Origin: Octopus sinensis
Lineage: Eukaryota
Direction: 5' to 3'
NCBI RefSeq assembly: GCF_006345805.1
Contig: NC_043018.1
Coordinates: 23,746,001 to 23,810,000, forward strand
Length of the DNA: 64,000 nt
This document shows, piece by piece, positions 54,175-64,000 of this stretch. Position 1 is the first letter of the stretch; each line of letters starts with the position of its first letter. Under the pieces are notes generated by a model. It was given only the letters and a program-made list of their open reading frames with translations, had not been told where the DNA came from and did no database searches. The position numbers were made by a program, and so were the translations under genes.

Positions 54175-54597
54175 GTCAAAATCGAAATCGATCAACATCA
54201 ATGGAAATTGCAGCTGTGATACCAGTGCCGATGGCACGTAAGAGAACCATCTGAACGTGGCTGTTGACAGCACCGCTCCAACTGGCCTCCGTGCCGGTGG
54301 CACGTAAAATGCACCATCCAATTATGACCTTTGCCAGCCTCGCCTGGCCCCCATGCCGGTGGCACGTAAAAAGCACCATCCGACCGTGGCCGTTTGCCAG
54401 CCCTGTCTGGCACCTGTGCTGGTGGCACGTAAAAAACACCCACTACACTCACAGAGTGGTTGGCGTGAGGAAGGGCATCCAGCCGTAGAAACATTGCCAG
54501 ATTAGACTGGGCCTGGTGCAGCATTCTGGCTTCCCAGACCCCAGTTGAACCGTCCAACCCATGCTAGCATGGAAAGCGGACGCTAAATGATGATGAT
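54175..54597 (+). mobile_element. Family C repeat (RTE LINE 3'UTR-related, GAT tail) with internal tandem ggcacgtaaaa units
   Basis: Ends ccatgctagcatggaaagcggacgctaaatgatgatga. Copies at ~39650-39930 (-), ~49708-49875 (+), ~50715-51022 (-), ~55369-55505 (-), ~59520-59708 (+) and ~61573-61720 (-). Confidence 0.8.
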
Positions 54598-54860
54598 ATG
54601 TGTGTGTGTAGATAGATGTGATTGATTCCATTACTTTACACACATATACAGAACATTATGGTAGCAAGCTAGAAGAATCATTCAAAAGGTCAAGCAGCAT
54701 TTCTTCCATCTTTACATTCAGAGTTCAAATTCTGCAGAGGTTGACTTAGCCTTTCATCTTTTTAAGATTAATGAAATAAGTATCACTAGAAAATGGGGGT
54801 TGATATAACTGACTAACCCTCTCTCCCAAAATTACATGATTTGTACCTATGGTAGAAAGG

Positions 54861-54901
<41 letters not shown>

Positions 54902-55537
54902 AAAGGCCACAAACTGGCACAATCATTAATACATCATCATCATCGGATGAAATGCTACTAAGCATTTTGTCCTTCTTAGCGTTCTGAGTTCAAACTTTGG
55001 TGAGGTCGGTTTTGCCTTTCATCCTTTTGGGGGGGGGGGGGTCAATAAAATAAGTACCAGTTGAATACTGGGGTCAATAGTGACACATGTGTCAACCCAA
55101 GTGTTCAAGTGGTACTTACTTTATTGACCCTGAAAGAATGAAAAGCAAAGTCAACCTCGATAGAATTTAAATTAAGAACATCAAGAGCCAGAAGATAAGC
55201 CATTAAACATTTTATCTGGTGTGCTAATTAATTAGTTTGCCAGTTCACTGCCTTAATGATGATGATAATGATTTGTAACCTTGAGACAGCTAACAAATTT
55301 TGAGGACAGGCAGTGAATATAATTGATTCCAGTAATTAACACATATACGTAACACTAATAGACAAGTACATCATCATCATCGTTTAACGTCCGCTTTCCA
55401 TGCTAGCATGGGTTGGACGGTTCAACTGGGGTCTGGGGAGCCCGAAGGCTGCACCAGGCCAGTCAGATCTGGCAGTGTTTCTACAGCTGGATGCCCTTCC
55501 TAACATATATGCTGCATATGGGAAGGATGTGTGTGTA

Positions 55538-55583
<46 letters not shown>

Positions 55584-55689
55584 GTTTTTTGCTGCTTAAA
55601 ATAAAGCATATTACTCTACCACTGGTATCTGAGTACTCTTTTTTCCACCTTGTTTCACATTTATGTGTTTACTCCGGTATATATATATA

Positions 55690-56050
55690 CAGGCGCAGGA
55701 GTGGCTGTGTGGTAAGTAGCTTGCTTACCAACCACATGGTTCCAGGTTCAGCCCACTGCATGGCACCATGGGCAAGTGTCTTCATTATAGCCTTGGGCTG
55801 ACCAAAGCCTTGTGAGTGGATTTGGTAGATGGAAACTGAAAGAAGCCCGTCGTATTTATATATGTATGTGTGTGTGTCTGTGTTTCTCCCTCACACCATC
55901 ACTTGACAACTGATGCTGGTGTGTTGACGTCCCCATAATTTAGTGGTTTGGCAAAAGGGACCGATAGAATAAGTACTAAACTTACAAAAAATAAGTCCTG
56001 GACAGTGCTCCAGCATGGCTGCAGTCAAATGACTGGAACATATAAAAGAG
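55690..56050 (+). mobile_element. SINE family A copy
   Basis: Same family, with a small internal deletion near the 3' end. Confidence 0.85.
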
Positions 56051-56462
56051 TGTGTGTGTATAGATAGATAGAGAGAGAGAAGGAGGGAGACAGACTAGAT
56101 TCCAATTGCATAAGACTATATATTACACCCCTAGGTATTGGTTTACTATGTGGTTTGTTGCCTGATATCCACTAAAGGACCTTTTTTGTGAGTACCACAG
56201 GATTATATATATATATATATCATGGGATCACATGACTGACCAGACCATTAGATGTTAGCATTGTTTTAGCCTTCGAATGACGCCATCCCGCTGGCTAAGT
56301 GAGCAGGCCAACAGAAGAAAGAGTGGTGAAAGAGTACAGCAGGGATCACCACCCCCTGCCGGAGCCCCGTGGAGCTTTTTTTAGGTGTTTTCACTCAATA
56401 AACACTCACAACGCCCGGTCTGGGAATCGAAACTGCGAGTCCGCTGCCCTAACCACTGGGCC

Positions 56463-56504
<42 letters not shown>

Positions 56505-56523
56505 TATATATATATACATACAT

Positions 56524-56556
<33 letters not shown>

Positions 56557-56878
56557 CAAACATATACATGTGTGTATTTAATTGATTAATGAAAGAGACG
56601 GAAGATGGAAGATACAAGAACGTTTATTGATCACTACAATTGTTTTGATCCATCCAGCATCAATCCCTCATGGGTGGATACTGAACAACTGGGTCAAAAC
56701 AATTGCAGCAATCGATAAACGTCCTCATATCTTCTTCCTTCTGTCTCTCTCAATAATCAGATATCCAACAAACACTGAAAGTGAACCTGCTTTACTAGTA
56801 AGCTACCAGGTGTATACCATATGATTTATTATCTAAATATACATATATATATATATATATATATATCCTTATTTTATA

Positions 56879-56919
<41 letters not shown>

Positions 56920-56935
<16 letters not shown>

Positions 56936-57210
56936 TTTTATTTTAATATATATTCTTATATATATATATATATTTTTTTTTTTAATATATATTCTTATAT
57001 ATATATTTTTTTTTTTATTTTAATATATATCTTATATATATATTTTTTTTTATTTTAATATATATTCTTATATATATATATTTTTTTTTAAATTTTAATA
57101 TATATTCTTATATATATATATTTTTTTAAAATTTCAATATATATTCTTATATATATATATATATATATATTTTATTTTAATATATTCTTATATATATATA
57201 TTCTTATTTG
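56920..57210. repeat. AT-only minisatellite (~35-45 bp unit)
   Basis: About 7 copies of ttttaatatatattcttatatatata. Confidence 0.9.
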
Positions 57211-57384
57211 CATATATATATTGATAGAAATAGTAAGACAACAAAATAATGAAAGAGACCTCAATATTATGTAAATAGAGGAATTTATCTGTAAATGTAA
57301 TGTAACACAATTATTCGGTAGCCATGGCTACCGAATAATTGTCACATATTACATTTACAGAGATATATATATATATATATATCT

Positions 57385-58233
57385 TTCTCTCTTTTACTTG
57401 TTTCAGTCATTTGACTGCGGCCATGCTGGAGCACCGCCTTTAGTCGAGCAAATCGACCTCGGGACTTATTCATTGTAAGCCCAGTACTTATTCTATCAGT
57501 CTCTTTTGCCGAACCGCTAAGTGACGGGGACGTAAACACACCAGCATCGGTTGTCAAGCAATGCTAGGGGGACAAACACAGACACACAAACATATATATA
57601 CATATATACGATAGGCTTCTTTCAGTTTCCATCTACCAAATTCACTCACAAAGCATTGGTCGGTCCGAGGCTATAGCAGAAGACACTTGCCCAAGATGCC
57701 ACGCAGTGGGACTGAACCTGGAACCATGTGGTTGGTAAGCAAGCTACTTACCACACAGCCAATATATTATATATTCTTATTTTATTTTATTATTTTTATT
57801 TCTTTTTTTATATTTTATCAGTTTCAGCTGAGAGATTTGAATGATGTGGTTGCTCACTTTTAGAATAACATTGTATGGTAGGTGGGAGAGGCTGGATGTG
57901 GCCAGTATGAACATAAAACAGAATATTGTAGCTGAATATGATCGGATTAGATGCTGAAGGATTAAATCATGGGGATGATGATGACATCTTTCATATGCAT
58001 CATAGAGCTGTACCAGAGTCTTCTCTCTTGTACACTACAGCTGATTTACACTTGTATATTATTTTATACTCTTTTACTTGTTTCAGTCATTTGACTGTGG
58101 CCATGCTGGAGCACCGCCTTATTCTTTGTAAGCCTAGTACTTATTCTATGGGTCTCTTTTGCCGAACCGCTAAGTTACGGGGACGTAAACACATCACCAT
58201 TGGTTGTCAAGCGATGTTGGGGGGGACATACAT

Positions 58234-58264
<31 letters not shown>

Positions 58265-58506
58265 CACATATACACGACAGGCTTCTTTCAGTTTCTGTCT
58301 ACCAAATCCACTCACAAGGCTTTGGTCGGCCCGAGGCTATAGTAGAAGACACTTGCCCAAGGTGCCACGCAGTGGGACTGAACCCGGAACCATGTGGTTG
58401 GTAAACAAGCTACTTACCACACAGCCACTCCTGCGCCTAGGTCGATAGTTTATGATGTCAAGCTGAAATCTTAAGCCTTCACTCTTAAGAATCCTCATAA
58501 CAAAAT

Positions 58507-58540
<34 letters not shown>

Positions 58541-59327
58541 AGGGCACGCACACACACACACATTTGAAGCCAAGTGAAATTATAGTCATGGTCGTTGTCA
58601 GTTTCATGTAAATGACACCTGTGCTGGTGGCACATGAAAAGCACTCACCACACCCTTAGATGGTTGGGGATCAGGAAGGGCATCCAGGCATAGAAACCAT
58701 GCTGAATGAGATTGGAACCTGGTGCAGCCCTCCAGCTTACCAGTTCCAGTCAAACAGTCTAACCCATGCCGGCATGGAAAGTGGATGTTAAATGATGAAG
58801 ATAATAATGATAATATATGCATGAATCTGTGCACATGTGTGTGTGTGTGTGTGTGGTGTGTGTGTGTGTGCGTGCACAGTCAAACGTTCCAAATAGATTG
58901 GTGTCAGTCTTGATCAGCAAAACTTGTTATTACTCTTTACTCTTTTACTTGTTTCGGTCAGTTGACTGCGGCCATGCTGGAGCACCGCCTTTAATCGAGC
59001 AACACGACCCGGTGACTTATTCTTTGTAAGCCCAGTACTTATTCTATCGGTCTCTTTTGCCGAACCGTTAAGTGACAGGAACATAAACACGCCAGCATCA
59101 GTTCTCAAGCGATGTTGGATGGGACAAACAAAGACACACAAACAAACACACACACATATATATATATATATATGACGGGCTTCTTTCAGTTTCCGTCTAC
59201 CAAATCCACTTACAAGGCTTTGGTCGGCCCGTAGAAGACACTTGCCCAAGGTGCCACGCAGTGGGACTGAACCCGGAACCATGTGGTTGGTAAACAAGCT
59301 ACTTACCACACAGCCACTCCTGCGCCT
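57385..59327 (-). mobile_element. Cluster of three SINE family A copies (57385-57761, 58066-58438, 58930-59327)
   Basis: Three same-orientation, near full-length copies. Further copies or fragments at ~20503-20790 (+), ~21686-22057 (-), ~42268-42620 (-) and ~52475-52845 (-). Confidence 0.88.
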
Positions 59328-59869
59328 TGTAAAAATCAACAAAAACCGTGAGCTTGTCATGGAAAGTGGAAAATCCATTGTTTCAAAACAGAGTCCTCCT
59401 TCAGAGAAAAGTTGACAGGAAAGAAATTAAATGTCCTTTGAGGACAACTATCTGAAATGTTGGATTTTCCACCTCCTACACTTACCTCACTGTTCTCATT
59501 TTGTCAGTTTTACAACCTTGTGCTAGTGGCACGTAAAAAGCACCCACTACACTCACAGAGTGCTTGGTGTTAGGAAGGGCATCAAGCTGTAGAAACACTG
59601 CCAGAACAGACTGGAGCCTGGTGCAGCCTCCTGGTTTGCTAGACCCCGGTCGGACCATCCAACCCATGCTAGCATGGAAAACAGACGTTAAACAATGATG
59701 ATGATGATATGCTTGACCACTAGTTTATTCTTTATTCTCTCTCTGCTTATTTTCTCATTCCTTTCTATTGAAGAGCTTGGCTCAATACGTAAAATCCTTT
59801 ATCATTTTCCCCAACCATCAGACTAATATACCTGTTGTTCATAACACACACACAAAGGTTACACATAAG

Positions 59870-61390
59870 ATAGGAATAATTACAGAGGTATCAAATTGTT
59901 GGATCAGGTAATGAAAGTCAGAGAGAGAGTCATAGCCCAACTTAGGGCAACAGTTAGTTTAGATGAGTTTGGGTTTGTGTCATGTAAAAGCACCACTGAT
60001 GCTATATTTCTGGTAACACAGCTGTAGGAGAAATTCCTAGCCAAAGATAAACCTTTCTACTTGGCTTTTGTTGACACGGAGAAAGCCTTTAATAGGGTCG
60101 CCAAGCCCTTATCTGGTGGTCAATGCAGAAACTAGGGATGAGTGGTTAGTAACAGCTGTACAAGCCAAGTACAGGGATGCTGTCAGTAAGGTGAGGGCTG
60201 GCAACAAGTATAGTGAAACATTCCAGGTAGGAGTAGGGGTCTATCAAGGATCAGTCCTCAGCCCCCTCTTATTCATCATAGTCCTCCAAGCAATAACAAT
60301 GGAATTCAAGACAGGATGCTCCTGGGAGCTCCTCTATGCTGATGACCTTGTTCTAATAGCTATGTTACTACCAGAACTAGAGGATAAGTTTCAGGTGTGG
60401 AAGCAAGGTCCAGAATGGAAGGGCCTTAGAATCAATCTAGCAAAATCCAAAGTCTTAGTAAGTAGGAAGGCAGACAAATTACAAATCCCTTCAGAAAGAT
60501 GGCCCTACTCAATATGTAGGAAAGGCATAGGTAGAAACTCTATAAGATGTATCCGGTGTAGGCTACAGACACGTAAGAGGTGCAGCAATATCAAAGGACG
60601 GTTAACTGGGATGATAGTTTTTGTGTGCAGCAGATGCACAGGAGTAATAAACACAGTAAATGTGCAGAAAACTGATTCCATCACATGCCAGGGGGAAAAC
60701 TTGAAGTAGTTGATAGCTTCCAGTACTTAGATGACCAAGTCAGTAGTGGAAGTAGAGACTGAGAGCGTAGCTGTTAGAATACGAATAGCCAGGGCAAAGT
60801 TCAGAAAGATCCTACCTCTGTTAGTAACAAAGGGCCTTTCACTCAGAGTGAAAGGTAGACTGTATGTGTGCAAACAGCCATGCTACACAGCAGTGAAACA
60901 TGGGCTGTGACTGCTCAGAACATACGTAGGCTTGAAAGAAACGAAACTAGTATGCTCTTTTGGATGTGTAATGTCAGTGTGCATACACAACAGAGTGCAA
61001 GTGCCCTGAGAGAAAAGTTGGACATAAGAAGCATCAGGTGTGGTATGCAAGAGAGACAATTGTGCTGGGATCGTCATGTGTTTCGTATGGATGAGGACAG
61101 CTGTGTGAAGAAGTTCCACACCCTAACAGTGGGGGGGAACTTGTAAGTGGTAGACCCAGGAAGACCTGGGATGAGGTGGTGAAGCACGACCTTCGAACAT
61201 TGGGCCTCACAGAGGCAATAACAAGCAACCGAGACCTTTGGAGATATGCTGTACTTGAGAAGACCCAGCAAGCCAAGTGAAATTGTAACTGTGGCTTGTG
61301 CCAGTGTCACATAACCGGTCCATTTAAGAGTTTCCTTCAACTGTTGGGCAACGTGCTGTGCATGAGAAGACGTGTTGAGTCAAGTGAAAT
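59870..61390 (+). mobile_element. RTE-clade LINE, 5'-truncated and decayed
   Basis: Broken frames give YRGIKLLDQVMK, FGFV..KSTTDAIFLV, AFVDTEKAF. ORF 60068..60709 has QGSVLSPLLF, YADDLVL and a Cys-rich segment; ORF 60868..61146 has SETW..RRLERNE. Confidence 0.92.
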
Positions 61391-61723
61391 CGTGTATACT
61401 AATACACTTGCTTGTTGTTCATACACCTGTCTTCATCTTTTGTTTTTCTATAAATTTCAACATCATCATCATCAGCGCTTAGCGTCCGTTTTCTCTGAGA
61501 GAGAGGCTCTTTGTTACCAGCAGAGATAGGAGCTCTCTGAACTTTGCCCAGCCTATTCTTATTCTATATATATCATCATCATCATCATCATCATTTAGCG
61601 TCCGTTTTCCATGCTAGCATGGGTTGGACGGGTCTACTGGGGTCTGTGAAGCCAGAAGGCTTCATCAGGCCCAGTCAAATCTGGCAGTGTTTCTACGGCT
61701 GGATGCCCTTCCTAACGCCAGTG

Positions 61724-61756
<33 letters not shown>

Positions 61757-62704
61757 GACCCCCTTTGTTCATGAATGACCATGGGATTGCACCTAGAAAG
61801 TTACCCTCTGAGGCACAAGTCTGGGCAAGGTTGTTTATGGAAGGCCAGCAGTCTCCCACGTATACCAGCCTCCCCTCTCCACGCTACCGATGTTATCCAA
61901 GAGAAAGGCAAAGGCCAATACAGCTTGGCACCAGTGACGTCACAGCTCATTTATTAATGTGCAAGTGGCTGAGCACTCCACAGACATGTGTACCCTTAAC
62001 GTAGTTCTTGGGGAGATTCAGCGTGACACAGAGTGTGACAAGACCGGCCCTTTGAAATACAGGTACAACAGGAACAAGAAGAAAGAGTGAGAGAAAGCTG
62101 TGGTGAAAGAGTACAGCAGAGTTCACCACCACCCCTTGCCGGAGCCTCGTGGAGCTTTAGATGTATTGCTCAATAAACACTCACAATGCCTGGTCTGGGA
62201 ATAGAAATCATGATCCTATGACTGCGAGTCTGCTGCCCTAACCACTGGGCCATTGCGCCTCCACATATATATACATGCATTTATATGCATACACACATGC
62301 ATGTGTGTTTGTCATGACATTTTGCATCATTCATTTCCAATATTGTGCAGGAACATGTCTGGCCATGAGAAATTATTACCTTTGACCATGGAAAATCCAT
62401 TTTAATAAACTCCCTTCAACCCATCAAGCATGGAAAAGTGGAAATTAGATTTATAATGAGAGTGCTCCACTTATTGCATGTCTTCTACTGACCTTATGAA
62501 CAGAGTTTTTTTGTTTTCTTTCAATTTAATAGGAATACCACAAAGACGAGTGGTTGGTTAGTTAGTTCGCTTTGCAATCACATGAGCTCAAGTTCAGTTC
62601 CACTGTCTGGCATCTTCAGCAAACATGTATAATAGCCTTGGAATGACTAATGCACACAAGTGAAATTGGGCAACGAAAACTGCATGAACATGTGCACATG
62701 TATG

Positions 62705-62739
<35 letters not shown>

Positions 62740-63299
62740 ATATGTAGGAACATATATAGATGTGACAAAACGGTTACTGAAACAAGTCCCCATTTTAAGT
62801 GTAAATAATGGAATCAACATGGTCAACTAAAAACTCTTCAGGGTGGTGCTTCGGCAAGGCTACGGTCCAGGGACAGCAATAATCTAAAGAGCAAAGAGCA
62901 GTTACAACAATATCTTACAATAACCTTGAATCAAGAATAAAAATAGAAATAAAATTCATTCTAGAAGTTGTGTCATACGATCAACTACAGATTTCACATA
63001 TTAAGTACTACCTGTGGATTACTGAATAAAAGGTTGGCTTAGAAATTGTTATAATATTCAGAAAAAGGGAATAAAATACTCTCCAAAATATAAAAATAAA
63101 ATATTCATTTCAAAGCACAAGGCCAGCAATTTCAGGGAAGGGGGCAAGTCGATTGCATTGACCCCTGAGTTCACCTGGTGCTTAATTTTATCGATTCCAA
63201 AAGAATGAAAGACAAAGTCAACATTGGTGGAGAATGTGAGGATGGATGAAATGCCAAAAACATCTTGCCTGGCATGCAAACAATTTTGTAAACTCATGG

Positions 63300-63685
63300 A
63301 TGGAAGCACTCTGTCGGTTACGACGACAAGGGTTCCGGTTGATCCGAATCAACGGAACAGCCTGCTCGTGAAATTAACGTGTAAGTGGCTGAGCACTCCA
63401 CAGACATGTGTACCCTTAACGTAGTTCTCGGGGATATTCAACGTGACACAGAGAGTGACAAGGCTGGCCCTTTGAAATACAGGTACAACAGAAACAGGAA
63501 GTAAGAATGAGAGAAAGTTGTGGTGAAAGAGTACAGCAGGGATCACCACCATCCCCTGCCGGAGCCTCGTGGAGCTTTAGGTGTTTTCACTCAATAAACA
63601 CTCACAACGCCCGGTCTGGGAATCGAAACCGCGATCCTATGACCGCGAGTCCGCTGCCCTAACCACTGGGCCATTGCGCCTCCAC
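63300..63685 (-). mobile_element. tRNA-derived SINE family D, full length
   Basis: Head ggaggcgcaatggcccagtggttagggcagcggactcgcgg..ggtttcgattccc. Other copies at ~61950-62263 and ~56300-56466. Confidence 0.85.
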
Positions 63686-63842
63686 TTTGTAAACTCAATA
63701 CCTTAATAAAATGAAAATATTAATTTTAAAAATTGCATGAAATCATGTTTGAGAAGAAAAACAATCAATCATGAGAATATTGCATTTGTAAAAACAAAAA
63801 TCACAATAAAAATAGTTTTAAAAAAATTAAACAAAGACACAC

Positions 63843-64000
63843 CTTTAGTGTAAGCTTGATCATCTTGCGAAGTTCCAATAGGGTACACTAAGTTTTCAGA
63901 TTGAGATGGCAAACCAGACACATTTGGGTTAACAGAATGAACATAGGTGTTCTTAGTTGGTCTGTAGTGTAAGGCTGTTTTACTGTTTATTGCAATAGGA
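63843..64000 (-). CDS. TAB2: TAB2/TAB3-like gene, 3' part of an upstream coding exon (runs off the window)
   Basis: Minus strand is open from the window edge: PIAINSKTALHYRPTKNTYVHSVNPNVSGLPSQSENLVYPIGTSQDDQAYTK+G, then donor AAG|gtgtgt (phase 1). Joined to the next exon it gives DDQAYTKALLNHQ, matching the TAB2/3 motif DDAAYTQALLVHQ as I recall it. Confidence 0.9.

Noticed and set aside
63610-63685. tRNA gene
   Set aside because: It is the tRNA-derived head of a SINE that continues into SINE body sequence and is repeated in the window.

Overview
AT-rich, repeat-dense eukaryotic genomic DNA. The SINE/LINE families and the microsatellite load look like an Octopus (coleoid cephalopod) genome; this is recognition from memory, not a search. 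The one host gene I can support is the 3' half of a TAB2/TAB3-like gene (TAK1-binding adaptor) on the minus strand. It is built by hand from five phase-consistent GT-AG exons (64000-63843 partial, 48900-48767, 39085-39010, 34001-33912, 33126-32894) encoding the coiled coil and the C-terminal NZF zinc finger. Most of the rest is introns and downstream DNA filled with tRNA-derived SINEs, RTE/CR1-type LINE fragments, a decayed full-length mariner, hAT- and piggyBac-type MITEs and simple repeats; almost all listed ORFs are noise. Most notable: (1) a complete minimal type I hammerhead ribozyme core (37225-37266, minus, i.e. sense to the TAB2 pre-mRNA) inside a Penelope-like fold-back insertion nested in a hAT MITE in an intron; (2) an internal splice donor just after the NZF with several candidate alternative last exons, versus a Cys/His-rich read-through tail; (3) several near-perfect hairpins/palindromes; (4) an 81-bp exact inverted copy of a LINE/microsatellite junction about 24 kb away.
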